Below, piece by piece: positions 1-13,000 of a DNA stretch of 64,000 nucleotides. The notes beneath the pieces were generated by a model. That model was not told the DNA's origin. It made no database searches and saw only the letters and a program-made list of their open reading frames with translations. The DNA is from Babesia bigemina (lineage: Eukaryota). Made by a program: the position numbers and the translations under genes. Numbering within the stretch: the stretch's first letter is position 1; each line of letters starts with the position of its first letter. The stretch lies in assembly GCF_000981445.1 (NCBI RefSeq), contig NC_027217.1, positions 2,418,001 through 2,482,000 on the forward strand, read 5' to 3'.

Positions 1-540
1 CCTCCAAGCGCCCCTGCTAATGCGGGCGCCGTATCGCGCCAACCCGAGGAGTCGATTCTGGACGAGATCAAGAAGGAGAAAAACGTCGACAACGACGTTA
101 ACAAGAGCCTAGTGTCGGCACCGCGCATCATCGTGGAGTCGTACCAGCAACTACTCGACAAAAAGCGCGACCGTATGCGGGAGTGCCTGGTGGAGGACTG
201 CAAGAGCGTGCTCGGGGAGCGCGGCAAGATCGACACGCCGTACCAGGACACGATTCAAAACGGGCGAAAGCACTTCTACGTAAAAGACATCGTAGCGAAG
301 CTGCTGCCGTACCACATGTTCTACTACGAGAACTTGGAACACAAGCCGAAGGCTCCGTCCATGGACCTGGATGCCCTCGAGGAGCGCGTCCGGTCACTCA
401 AGAGTCGCGTGATGGACATGGTAGCGCAGGCTAAGACCACTCAGCAGAACTACGAGTGCACCAAGGCCTGCGTAGACGCTCTCAGGAATGTCGTGCGGAA
501 GCGGCAGGCGACGCAGTGCGGCCAGCTCGGCACCACCTAG
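1..540 (+). CDS. 3' part of a GLTSCR1/BICRA-like conserved-domain protein (5' end outside window)
   Basis: Frame is open from base 1 to TAG at 538-540. The segment EDCKSVL...DTPYQD...KDIVAKLLPYHMFY resembles the GLTSCR conserved region (D...TPF...D...RLLPYH), followed by a coiled-coil-like tail. Confidence 0.6.
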   Translation, partial: PPSAPANAGAVSRQPEESILDEIKKEKNVDNDVNKSLVSAPRIIVESYQQLLDKKRDRMRECLVEDCKSVLGERGKIDTPYQDTIQNGRKHFYVKDIVAKLLPYHMFYYENLEHKPKAPSMDLDALEERVRSLKSRVMDMVAQAKTTQQNYECTKACVDALRNVVRKRQATQCGQLGTT

Positions 541-575
541 AGCCACGACACACAATATAATGTTTGAGTCCTAAT

Positions 576-995
576 ATGTTGCTCAACACGTTTCGCGGCA
601 GGGCGCCTCTGCTGGCTATCCGCGAAGCGCGCCGATTCCGGCGGCAGCCCGTAAAATTGATAGAGAAGGTCACGGAGGAGTACGAGAAGGCCGGTATCGA
701 GTCCACGGCCCCCAAGCCCGACGAATCCGCGACCGAGCGGCGGAAACGCATGATTCGATATGTCTACTACGACCCTACGTTATCGCAAAAGCTGGCCATG
801 TAAGTTGCTCGGGCGCCACGCCGCGACGACAGGCTCGGCTGCCGCGTTACGCAATGCACATGAACTCGCAGAATGAAAGCCAGATTCCTAGCCACGGGGT
901 GGATATGGGTGGTGACCGCGTTGACTACTTACACCGCGCTGAACGCGCTTTACTTTGCTAACAAGCACTTCGAGAAGGGCCGCTACTGCATCTGA
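576..995 (+). CDS. Small two-exon protein, probably mitochondrial, with one C-terminal transmembrane helix
   Basis: ATG 576 starts an Arg-rich, acid-free N-terminus (MLLNTFRGRAPLLAIREARRFRRQ). A GTAAGT donor near 800 and a CAG acceptor near 871 join in frame to MKARFLATGWIWVVTALTTYTALNALYFANKHFEKGRYCI-stop. Confidence 0.65.
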
Positions 996-1374
996 CCTTT
1001 GGGCGCTAGAACTGTGGCTTCGGCGAAGTTACGTGGGTACACTGAGTGACGATGTGTACTCGTAAAGCTATCTAGGGTTAGGCAGTAAGCTTTTAGCCAC
1101 CGCTATGATGGCTCTGTGCCTTCGGGGTCCCGGAGGCTATGTACTAACGCAATCGGCGATCGACGCCATGGCAATTATATCGCTCAAACTGTTTGTCTAA
1201 AATGGGTTGTTCTGTATCACGTAGACATGGTAATGTATTTAGTGGATGTGTCGCGTCACTGTGGTGTGCCTCCGGTGTCGGATGCAGCGACACTCGACGA
1301 GTTACTTCTCAGATAACGCTGAGTAATTACACGCTTAATATAGCATATTCCAGGTGGTAGAGTCAGATGGGACA

Positions 1375-2070
1375 ATGAGCTCTATGATGGGATCTGCCGG
1401 GCAAAGGCGCGGCCTCGCGCTCTTCGCTCGTGCTTCGGCCAACCTCAACTCCAAGATACCCAAGCGTATTACGTCAAAACACAACCAGAAGCCGTTGGGC
1501 TCGTATCCCTTCCCGCCGGAGCATGAGATGCTTTGGAAAAACAGGCGTAATGTGCCCGGAGGATATTTTCACCAGGCGGTATCGCCGTTCCAGCTCAAGT
1601 TTTGCTACCCGCTGATTCACCAGGGGTACGCGAGGTAGGTGATGCTCATGGAATGGCTCTCGTGCTGTGTTTGTTAGGGGTGCGACTGTTATTAATGGCA
1701 TTGGTGATTCCGGTCAGCTGCTCTTACATAAATGACTGACGTCGTTCAAGGGCTTATAAAGCCCGATGAAATATCTATGTACTATTGGCATTTGTGGATG
1801 TGTTAAATCGTATTTCACTTGAAATGCATGCTGATACTTGATCCACGTATTACCATGTTGTTACGTCGTGTCCGTTGTTGCCATAAAATCTATGGCGCTG
1901 TGTTTTCAAAGTTGAAGCAATTTTGAGCATATATATCATTCTTCAGGATATGGGCGAAGGGGTCGCAGATGTTCTGGTGGGTCATATGGCCCACTGCTAT
2001 GGCCATCACCGGGTTCCTGTCCATCGATGCCATCAACACCAAATACCTCAAGAGAATAGGTTATGACTAA
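1375..2070 (+). CDS. QCR8: Cytochrome bc1 complex subunit 8 (QCR8/UQCRQ-like)
   Basis: Exon 1 contains YFHQAVSPFQLK, like the QCR8 YxLSPF(E/Q)Q motif. Intron 1635-1946 (GTAGGT...CAG) joins to RIWAKGSQMFWWVIWPTAMAITGFLSI (TM helix), stop at 2068-2070. A possible upstream ATG micro-exon at 1227-1229 could splice to 1354. Confidence 0.7.
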
Positions 2071-2886
2071 CTTATGACACGTGTGAACATTTCAACTAAT
2101 ATATCGCTAAAATCTGTAGGGTTGGTTACAAGGTGCTGTATTTAACGAGTGGTCTAACATTGACGGCATTATTTGTAATGATCCCTTCGGCCTCGTATAG
2201 ACATGTCACCCTCGAAACAAGAACATATGCTGTAGTCAAACTTCCCGATCCACAGTTTCGTTTCCGTTTAAATACGGCTATTTAGCTGTGGAGTTTAGTT
2301 ACGTTCATGGGTGCTCATGTGTCGGTGTTACGTGGTTGCGTATCTATCATGACGCTGCGATTAGTGGTTGTGCATGAAGTGACGGGATGGTTCATGTTGG
2401 GGATATTTGGTTCACTTGACCGTTTTCCGCAAAAAACGGTGCCGATGGATACTACGCATCGTCATGTTGCAGACAGCATTCATTATAGTACACTGATACA
2501 ATCACACAACCATATGGCGTCGTTCCCTGAATGCATTTCATGGAATGCGGTGGAGCATCTGCCTTCAAGACTTCAACTGGTAAACAGAGGATTCTTCGTA
2601 TTTTCAATCATATTTTAATGTGATTAGCATATTGGATGTCTCAGTCAACCACAGCGCGTATCCTGCACGGGCCATTATTGATTTGTTGGCTGTGGATTTA
2701 CTGCGGTAGAAGGACGTTTTCTACCACCATATGAATACAATCAAGGTTATGAATAGCCTGTAACATCAATGATAGTTTTATTGATAAAACAGCTACGTGG
2801 TTAATAGTGTACAAATTGTCGTAATTGCTCAAAAAACAGACAAGTCCGATGGTTCTTGAAATGATAAAGGGAATATATCGAAATGT

Positions 2887-4391
2887 TCATCGTGATTTTT
2901 GCTCTAATGTTGACGATGTTTTGTTTTTCTTTTCAACCTCCTGCCTAGTTTTCGGGTATGTAGCAAACAATGCAGCATAGCAAAGAACGTTGAGTAATGT
3001 GCCTGCCAATATAATATACATCATTGACTTCCTCAACGCTTCGGCATTCTTCTCTTTAATCTCCGTTGCCATTGTTTCAAAGGACTCTCTAGAGGGGACG
3101 TAGCCAAAAACCTTCTCGGTCAAATACGCACAAACCTGGAAGAGAATTATACTACTTGAAATGCCAGATATTGTTCGAACCATTGCAGATGCTGTTGCCT
3201 GGTGCTTATCTTCGATTGATTTTTTCAACATAGCCCTATCTACACCACCAAGTGTTACTAATGTTCCTCCTAGCGTTGCCAGCTCTACATAATGATACCA
3301 AAGCAACTTTCCAGACGGTGCCTTCCCTAAGAAGAATAATAAACATACAAGTAGTCGTACAACCATCACTGCGATTCCAGAAGCAAGTTCACCGTAATCC
3401 TCCGACAAAGCCACAATTTTCTTTATGCATTCTCCCCCAGCCACACTTCCAGCTGCGCCACCGATCAATGTAACGGCAATAGCAACACCTGCCATTGTGT
3501 CAGATACTCCCAAGTATTGCAGATAGATTGTCATATAATTAAACGCGCACATAGGAGCTTCTGCGATGAATATTGTCAATATTAATAGCCATGTTGTGGG
3601 CTTTGTAAAAGCTTCTGAAAATGCGTCTGATATAAGTTTTTGGAATTGTTGAGATTTAGGAACGTCATCACCATTCTTGTTCATTCCAAATACAATAGCT
3701 ATGGCAAAGAATATCCATAAGTATCCCAACACCACGTAAGAAGTACGCCAGCCATAATATCCCAATAATACTTTGCGTGCAATAAGCGTAGTTATGACGG
3801 CGCATAACAATCGTCCAATGCAATTCAACGCTTGTAGGCCGGTGAATATCTTACTAGCCGCCTTTGACTCAGCTGAACCCGTTTGTCCCACTAATCCTGT
3901 TGGGCCCGCTGCTCCCGTGCTGCCCTGTGGTTTCTTTTCATCATCTGAACTAGTTGAATCTGCAACAATCTTCTGTTGTACGGGATAGACGCAAGCGAAT
4001 CCGAATCCGTGTAAGAAACGCAAGAACACAATCTGTAGAAGCATTAAGAGTAATAATCACAACTCACCACTTTGTAGTGCGACGCGGAACTTAGGAAAAT
4101 AGAGGCGACACCCATCACTAACAAACCAGCTCCCAGCACGTGTTTCGATTTATACAGATCTGCCAGCAATCCCCAGATTAAGCAGCAACCCATGCGGGAC
4201 ATAGTAGACACTGTTGCCAAAGTCGACAACTGCGACTGGGAAAAACCCAAAGTCAACTCGAAAGCCCTCATACACATGGACAGCACCTGTTGGTCGTAGC
4301 CTTCGATGAAAGAGATAAGGTAGTACAGCGCTTTTCCCAACGCTGTATAGTCAGTCTTTCTAGTTGCAACCCCTTGATCCTCCGTTGCCAT
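2887..4391 (-). CDS. Major facilitator superfamily (MFS) transporter, two exons
   Basis: ORFs 4044..4391 and 2887..4044 join through a 35-nt intron (4033-4067, GTGAGT...CAG). About 12 hydrophobic segments, MFS motif A-like WGLLADLYKSKHVL, and GWR after TM5. Confidence 0.9.
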
Positions 4392-7300
4392 TTTTGCTGT
4401 AATCCTATGGTTCTAGTTTGTTCTAGATTGGCTGTCTCATCAACTGTTATTCATAGATGGAAACAAATGTATCAGGAGAGAATGATCGGGATTAGGCTTC
4501 ATGTATGGTACTAAACGTCACAGCATTATTCTCAATCAAATCGCTTTGAATGGAACTATCCATATGACTCATATGTGCATGATATTACAAGCACTATGTG
4601 CGACAGTACAGTCAAAACACAATTCGTTTCACCCCAGAATGATGGGCTTGCTAATCTAGCGAAAAGTGACAAAATGGCATATCACACATCTTTTAGCATG
4701 ACAACGTAAATTCTTACTGGGCAGATTTATAAAAAAAGTTAATCTTTATCAGGCGTAATAGGCGATCGGGTAAACGCCAGCCAACAGCTTTCTATGGCCT
4801 TTGAAATAAGTTCCATGTGGTTACTTCTAGCCTGTGCTACTTTTCACACGTCATAATAGCTCAGTACGTACGCAGTATCTGTCTTGATTGAGATATTCAC
4901 TCCCTAGTGTTGCTATACGTTATGGATACCAGCAATGAGGAGATTCATCCTATATGGGCGGAAGAGTCATTCACAGTTTCATAATGGCGCATTGGACCCA
5001 CGTTAATCAGCGCACAGGACATCTTTTGGGCGTTGTCATGTTGTTGATTTGGCTGTCATTTAGCTCCGTTACATGCTCCCCATGCTGTGCCGTTTGTACA
5101 CGTTGCCATAAAAATGTTTAGGTTTGTAATCCTCATTTCGACATATGGCGGTGATATTTTCCAGAATAGCGTATTTTGCCGAAAGTATTCGTGCAGCTCT
5201 ATCCTGTCTAACTTACTACTCATGCTTAAATTGCAACGATTGATGTCAAACACCACGTTTTTAATTGTGCTCACATTATGCATCTAAGCCCTGCTGCAGG
5301 GATCTTCTGCCACTTTGTTGAACATGTATATGCTTGCTAGTCAGTTCAAATCTTTCTCGATGTACGTCGGTGCTCCCAAATTCCCATTGTCCATCAATGC
5401 GGAACAAATTTGTATGGGAACGGCAAACACGGATGTGCCCCAAGAAGTGTTCACGACGTCACAAACGAGGGACAATAGCTCTATGAGTTGCACACTGCAT
5501 GTACGTATTTTGAGTGAAATTTAGGCATCTTGTCTTAAAATTTCATATGAGCCAAAACGGCAAGTTAGTTGTGGATGGATTATGCCCAGAGGGCAACAGG
5601 ATAACAGTGAATTTGAGCATCGTTTTCTAAAGAAATCCCGCGAAACGTCAGCATGAAATTAAACACTTGCTACACGCAAGTGAGATTACATTCGTGGTGA
5701 CATGAATAGAGCAGCATAGGTAGCCTGGGTATGTGACAATATTTAAAAACAATTGCTACAAACTAAGGAACCTGCTACTCGCATAATTCAATATGGCGAG
5801 CGCACTAACGACATACAACAGGAGTAGACATATATGAAGGACGACAAGAACGTACTGGGGAAAGCTTGGCTCAAATTTTCGCAACACGGAAATACCGTGA
5901 AACATATGTCGATGGATTACTTTACCGATAATGTTAAATCGCAATCAGCTATATACGATCCAGTAATATACTCGATTGTAGCATACTCCTGCAGTACAGC
6001 GAGCGTGACGGGCCAATCACCACCAGACACAACGCAGCCAAAAAAAAATAAAGAACGTAGTACATTATACCAGTTACTGCAATAATGAGAACATCATGTT
6101 GCGAGGTGGCGGATAATATGTATTGAGATGAAAAGTATACATCTAGTATGTGAAGCTACCTTAATCCCTCGGACGGGGAAGGCGGAGTAGCGATCAATGG
6201 CCATAACCTCGGGAATATGGGTACTTATCAAAACGTGCATCTTGAATATAAAGTATGCATCTCATAATATTACAGCTTTTGATTTTTACGAAAAGGAATC
6301 ACATCAGAATCCAAGCACCTGATTTGGATACAAAAATAAATATTACTAGAACCACGGAGAGGATAAGCCAAATAACACCTACAGGTATTGTACATTGTAA
6401 TTAGCCAAATCCATACCCAATCTTCGTCTATAGGTCAAACAACACTCAGCCCTGCGAGGCTAGTGAAAACGTTCTTTGAAACTCATGACGAGGAAATTTC
6501 CATTCAATTACGTTGATCCAATTGAGCTGAATAATGTTATACGCCAAAATAACAATGCCTCGTTTCCACGTTCTGATGTCTGTTACCAGCAGTATGCATC
6601 CTTCAATCCGCAGATAACGGAGATTATGTATTTACATGTAGGTGATACGAAGTTATTGTAAACGTGCGCATTAATTCCATTGTCAAAGCATTAATTGCCA
6701 AGATTGTTAACTGGATAACAATCTATCGGCAACACATTTGAATATGATTTGGACGTGACGTACTTTTGCGTTGATGTGCGATGTTCTAACCGGTCAACTT
6801 AACTTTGGTTTGGTTTTGGGAATCCACATCGATTCGTGTTAGGATTCCACATTTCACAAGCGCGTTTACTTGGTGAAAGTATAATCTCTCTTGGTTTACA
6901 ATGCATAAACCGTGTCTGTCAGGTGCTATATTTCCTCTCATCGCTACTTCATAACCCACTTTTCATCTTTCTCACCAGTACGTTAACTAGCAATACACTA
7001 TAACACATATACATATAATCGTCTCCTATTCATTGAACGGATCAGTATTGGCTGTCGTCAACCTGTCGCCGGTGTCGTAGAACTGCATCACCTTTGTTAA
7101 ACAGTTTTAGCGAAAATCGATTAGTGTTGTACTGCCCACCATATATTCGATTCGGAATTTTACATGTGAAAGGCAACGTTATTTATTGCAATCATAAAAT
7201 AGTCATCCATAAAAAATTGTGCGTCTCATCTAATGTTAACTTTTTTGGAGAGTAACAATGAATCACGGGGAACATAAAAGCACCTTTAACGCCATCCGTC

Positions 7301-8436
7301 CATTCCATCATTACGGCTAATAAATCTACGAAATGGTTGATGTGACTCAATGCAGCATCAACGATTTCATAGAGCCGGTTTATAGGTCATAACGGAATCA
7401 GACGTAGAGCCCAAACCTCTATGCAACGAATGAGGGTGAAAACAGCGAACGCAACGCACTGCGACGTTGACCATCACGTCAGTTGGGCAGCAGAACGGAA
7501 GCTGTATACATGTCAAAGGAGTATATCGCGCTATACGTATCTGAACAGGGAGCGCGTTGAGGGGTATGTCAGAATGCGTGTCTATGCGGACAACACGAAT
7601 AGAGGGAAATAAATTTTAAAAATATGACTGTACGCGCCAAATGAGAGGAGTTACTGGCGACTTGAATTGGCACGCGTTTCGTTGTAGGCTACAAGACCTT
7701 CTTACGGGGAAGTGTTTAACAGGTACATTGAGCCAATACCATCCACCGTTTTCGGTAAAGATTCAACGCTGACAGTAGTAGACACATAAAATTACTCTAT
7801 GCTTGTTTTCCTAACGCCCAGGACAATTCGCGCGGTGAACATGTGTATGTCTATGTGAGGTTTACTGGGGTATATAGTTACGCAGCGCGCGCGGGTGTGG
7901 TGTAACTACGGCGCGTTGCGCGTGTGTAACCCTACTTCTCACAAAACATTTGCTACGTATTATTAGTCGACGTCACACCTCAGCGTCAATAAGACTTCAC
8001 GGTCTTCAGCTTGTGATCCTCGACACGTCTGCTGTCTTCTCACAGTATTCCCGCCTCTCTACAAGCAGGCCCCGGGTTTGGTACATTGATGCGCCAGTTT
8101 CATTCTGTTCGCCTCGGCAAACCGGCGTATATGACTTTAGTTTTTTGTGCTGGGTTTTTCAAAGCACATCGGGGGCTCTCTTGTCCGCCATTTAGATTGT
8201 GTGCGTGCCTAGTTTTAGCGTGACGCATTTTGGTACTAAACGTTTCACCTTGCAATCTAATCACCTAACCTTTTCGTGGTTTGGTCGCGTTTTGCAGCGA
8301 CTTTGTATGGTTGCATAATCACTGTAGAGAGTTGACCTGCGTTACACGAAATAACCCTCGGGGCTGCGTCCTGTTCGGTGATCGTGTCTCGTTCTCTATT
8401 TGTTCCATTAGCGTAGGTGTGATACTCGGTTCAACG

Positions 8437-10089
8437 ATGGCGTCTGCGGTAGGATTTTATTTTGATAACCTAAAGGACTGTTTAGTATTCTTCCAATGGT
8501 TGTATGGCGGGGCTGGAAAAAATAAGCTCCTTGACGTGGTCAAAAAGCTTTGTGTGCTTCTTGAGCCATGTTATAAGACTATTAACGAAGATAAAATCCG
8601 CTCCGATTTGTTAAAGTTTCTGTTCAAAGTTGACGCTTTTTACGGGAAGTTGGTGCGGAAGAAATCGAATAACGGTCCATCAATTCCGCAAGATGAAAGC
8701 TTGACAACCCCTGAAAAAATCCTCGACGCTCTCCTTTTTTGTCTCCCCAAGTTCTATGCTGCTATATATTACCTGTGGTACGATGTGAATCAGAATTTCA
8801 AAATGCAAGGCGGAGGGGGCTGGAAGAATGATTATCCTGGTTATGATGGAAAAGATGTTTTTGGACGCAACTGGGGTGGTGACCTGCAAAAATATCTCAC
8901 TGGCACATCAAAACATCATAATCATAATAACGTAGAACTTCTCCTTGGTGGATTTCAGGAAGGTGATATAAAATATGGCTATAATGATAGTTCAGGTTTC
9001 TATCAGGGTCGTAGCATGCTTACAGAGCTCGCTAATCTAGTGGACAAAGAATCTACTAAATGGAATCTTGTCCGTGATGTATTTTCCACAACAGCACTTC
9101 CTACCCACGGCGGCTCGGACAAACCGAACGCTGCGAACGTTCTTGCAGTGATTGATACATTGTGCGAGACTGTGAAGACAGAACGCAGTGTTCTCGCATT
9201 AGAAGTGCACGAGGGACTGGAAAAGAGGTTCATAGATTGGCAGGGTTTGGTCAATCATTGCCAATTTCTCAGGCATTCATTCGGCAAACTTTTTAAAGGT
9301 GGGGCTTTTTCGTTCACCGGTTATAGAAGGGCTAGCAATGAGGTTAAGAGTGCTGGTTTTACGAAAAGGGCAGCGGCATGGTTGAGAGGTCATTTGGACC
9401 ATGTAATGGAGGCTTTGGATGGAATTACACCCTATAGAGGCAACAAATATCTGAGTATATTCGACAAGGAAAAGCATCACCATATGATTAACAGTTATTA
9501 TGCCGAACTTGGTGATTATTTCACCAAAAATGTTTTTCCATACGGTTTCACGTTGTTTGGAGATAATATCTATACACTGCCGAACGATCCGCACAAGACT
9601 CTGCTCGATGACTGGAATAATGAAATCAAGTGGCTTAAAGGAGAAAATGGTTTGGGGAAGTTAAAAAACCTTTTGGAGGGTTTGAAGTATCCAATAGGGT
9701 ATAATCACGGGGAGGGTATTAACGTCACTCAACCTAATGATGAATCCAAACACCATGTGGTAACTGCAACCGGCGGTCCGAGTCATGTGACTAACATTAT
9801 TGAAGGAACAACGAATGACAATGATCAGGATGCACAGAGTAGTATTCCAAAAAAGGACTACCGTGAATCTCAACACGAGGGTCCAACAGATGTTAAAAAG
9901 ACATCTGACTCAGCAACCACATCGGGAGTCGATACTAGTGATGGAAATTCGGAAATAATTGAAAGAAATGGGTATAATGATGATGGAGATGATACGGAGT
10001 GCAATCATAAAGTACCGGATATGCACGATGGTAGCGACGATGCATGTTATCACCATATGCGTGTGCAGCGTCCATTGAACACCGATTAG
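8437..10089 (+). CDS. VESA-related (ves2/secreted-antigen-like) Babesia multigene family protein
   Basis: Single long ORF with family-typical motifs NLKDCLVFFQWL, LLFCLPKFYAAIYYL...GGGGW, L.KYL...GGF and FPYGF, then a low-complexity Asp/Asn/Thr-rich C-terminus. Lies in the AT-rich island. Likely ATG is 8437. Confidence 0.75.
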   Translation: MASAVGFYFDNLKDCLVFFQWLYGGAGKNKLLDVVKKLCVLLEPCYKTINEDKIRSDLLKFLFKVDAFYGKLVRKKSNNGPSIPQDESLTTPEKILDALLFCLPKFYAAIYYLWYDVNQNFKMQGGGGWKNDYPGYDGKDVFGRNWGGDLQKYLTGTSKHHNHNNVELLLGGFQEGDIKYGYNDSSGFYQGRSMLTELANLVDKESTKWNLVRDVFSTTALPTHGGSDKPNAANVLAVIDTLCETVKTERSVLALEVHEGLEKRFIDWQGLVNHCQFLRHSFGKLFKGGAFSFTGYRRASNEVKSAGFTKRAAAWLRGHLDHVMEALDGITPYRGNKYLSIFDKEKHHHMINSYYAELGDYFTKNVFPYGFTLFGDNIYTLPNDPHKTLLDDWNNEIKWLKGENGLGKLKNLLEGLKYPIGYNHGEGINVTQPNDESKHHVVTATGGPSHVTNIIEGTTNDNDQDAQSSIPKKDYRESQHEGPTDVKKTSDSATTSGVDTSDGNSEIIERNGYNDDGDDTECNHKVPDMHDGSDDACYHHMRVQRPLNTD

Positions 10090-13000
10090 CTGTGCTTGGT
10101 GTTTTATACAACGCAAACATCCAGGAAGATCCGTAGTTTATACTGTAGAAGCTTAAGGTAAAGAGAAGATGTTGAGTTGCAGTAACCTAGTAATATGGTT
10201 GCAATAACAGCCACAATTCAGACAAAAAATCATCCACAACGTATGGCTTCTCAATGTCTTCTCCTTTAGCAGAGTAATGGGTCATTCGATCAAGCACAAA
10301 GCAACCGATGTGCCAATATGAAATTAAAACCCCATTACCTATCTCGTAGATACAATTTCTACAAGTCCTTCAGCGACCTTGCTAACTGCACTACCATGGC
10401 AAATTATAGGTTCACAAATCGCTACGCTACAACGATCCGAAAATTGTACGCCAAGCTCTTGGCAGAATGGTATTCAAACCTATGCTTCCTGCCAGACATG
10501 CTTAGCATATCTAGTCACTAGGTTATCAGCCCGCTGATCTCCGGGTTTCACGCCTATCATGCAATAGACGTACTCCCTCTATTATACGGGTTTTATTTAC
10601 AGCTACTCCTGCTGGGACGTTATATACACCCGATGGACTGCACTCATGGCTTTACTAGCCGCGTATGTTAGTCAGCTTCCTGGTAGTATGTAGCTCATTT
10701 TATCAGTTTAGCAGGGCACTACATACTATGCTTTACTCTCAAGTCTGTTGCATTCCACCTAGGACACGTAATGCGCTACCTTCTGGACGTCCTGCCTTCT
10801 GCTTACATCTTTTGACTTTCAGGGCGTCCCACCTTATACATGTTACGGCACTAATGACTCACTGCAGGAGTATGCTCTCATGATAGCATGCTGTCGATTA
10901 TTTCGACGGCGCTATGAGCCAACACAGCGTCTCAGTTATTATTGCACCCATATTGTAGTTTGCTAGCTTGTGATGGTTGTTAGTGCAGCTGCCTTGTGAA
11001 TTGTCATTACAGCGTGCAAAAGCCATGGATTTATAGATAACTACGAAGCATACTTAGCGCTTACCCAGGGATGGTCATGGTGGAATAACTAGCATCATGT
11101 ACAAGAATCCATGTTGGCGAATGGGCACCCCTTACGCTTCAGCACGAGATATGTCGTGGGTATACGGCGATGTGGAGTAGGTGAAATGAATATATATGAC
11201 TGCATAACAGCGTTGCTCAAATATTGGAGGATACTTATTTGTTAGGCTGACGCACCTACTGCAACAGGGTGACAGTGTAAATGACGCATGAAACCTCAAT
11301 ATGGTACACTTATCGGTTGTTACTCTGGTACTGCATCGTCTACCGGTTGCAATCACTCTGAAATATCTGAATGAAAAACTATTGGGACATGTTGAACTGC
11401 GTCTGCATGTATTTCACGACTTTCACTCTTGAATGGGTTAATAAGCGTTTCTATGAAGCCGCATGGTAACCTAGGTGCAGAATTAACGGGATTATCAGCG
11501 TCATCAGGGCTGTTGTTGGTGGGTGTGCTCCTAGCTCATCAGATTTCCCCTCCTTGACTGTTCGATGGGCCGATTTAAACGTTACTGTTATTATACGGCA
11601 TTGCATTGGTTACAGTTTTGTTATTAGGGGCACAACCTTTGCGCAATTGCCTGGGTTGCTCGTGAGACTGGACTTGTAGGGCAATAGAAAGTACACAGTA
11701 CAATGGCGAAAAAAATCGGTGCTTACATTTGCCTCTATCTTCCTTCACAAATCAGTAATGCCTAATCCTGAAAGTTGGTGAAAAACGTCTTTCAAACCCC
11801 ATAGATGCCTCCGGATTTGACCATACAAAATCTAAACACATAAACGCTCCATGCGATCCATCATATTCATAGCCAATGGCAAAGCTAGATCGTAGCTGTC
11901 AGCAGTAATGTCCACATCCATCGTGCCTTGAGGAATCACGCAGCTCACATGAAAACCATTGGGCGAAAAGTAGCTGCGTATGGTTAGAGAGTTAAATTCC
12001 GACCCAACCAGCTCACGCCACTCCAACATCGCATAAACCTTAACAGTGACACGACCATAACATCATGCAACCGCTTGTTCCAATGCAGCCGATTCGGCCT
12101 GACAGCATGTTAATTAAATCCTTTCATTGTATCTACATATACCATGAAAACGGAAGTTAACTTGCGGACTTTGCTGGCCAACTGCTTAGAGAGCTGACCA
12201 TTATGGGAAACGACGCGCCATTTTTGTATACGTCAGCTATGCATCGATGCTCAATACAAAGCCTCTAACGTCGTTGTGTTCAATTCCTGTGTCGCTTGCT
12301 CCTGCACCCGCCTTAATGGTTCACACAATCTGCAGACTGACACGTACGAGCTCGTACAACTCCACTAACCTGTATTCCAGAACTTCAGCTACAGGGCCAT
12401 CGCCGATTAATTTATCCGTAATAATCACACTAAATGAATAAAATAACACATTACAGAATTACTAATGTGTAACATTTTGTGAGATGTCCACCATTGAAAC
12501 ATCGAAGTTAAAAAATCCAGTAACCTATTCTGACTCAATCGGGCGCACCTGTTACACGCAGTAACCTAGATGCCATAATATGCTGCGCGCTTCCATGTTA
12601 TTGTTACTCAATAATTAACGTAAATATCATATCTGTTCATAGCAGCATCCTGCAGAGTTGATCTGGAAAAAACATTGTCAGCGCAACGTAGCCACTGAAG
12701 TCCATGCATCGCGGATATCTAACGGTGGCCGCACATTGTGCTACCTACCCCACTATCAACGTATATCATAACTCAACAACAGAAATTCATATCATTACGA
12801 TGCCGCCACATGTTGCAGTTGCCCGACAATATGTTAAATGCCAAGTCGATGGTGATGAGTGGTTGTTTGCGATTCACGATAAATCGTAATTTGATTGGAT
12901 TATATCGCGTGACATAATGAACTATTTACAGTATTCAGGGCAAACACATGCTACCTTTGAATACATCCTAGTATAATGATTTCACAATGTGCAACTTCGC

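Noticed and set aside
7875..7935. Short inverted repeat TAGTTAC...GTAACTA in a CG-rich patch upstream of the ves-like gene
   Set aside because: A 7-bp stem is within chance expectation. It may be promoter sequence but is unsupported.
5056..8195. Short ORFs in the first AT-rich gap as genes or transposon remnants
   Set aside because: All under 90 aa, with no recognisable RT, integrase, transposase or family motifs; cannot be supported without a search.
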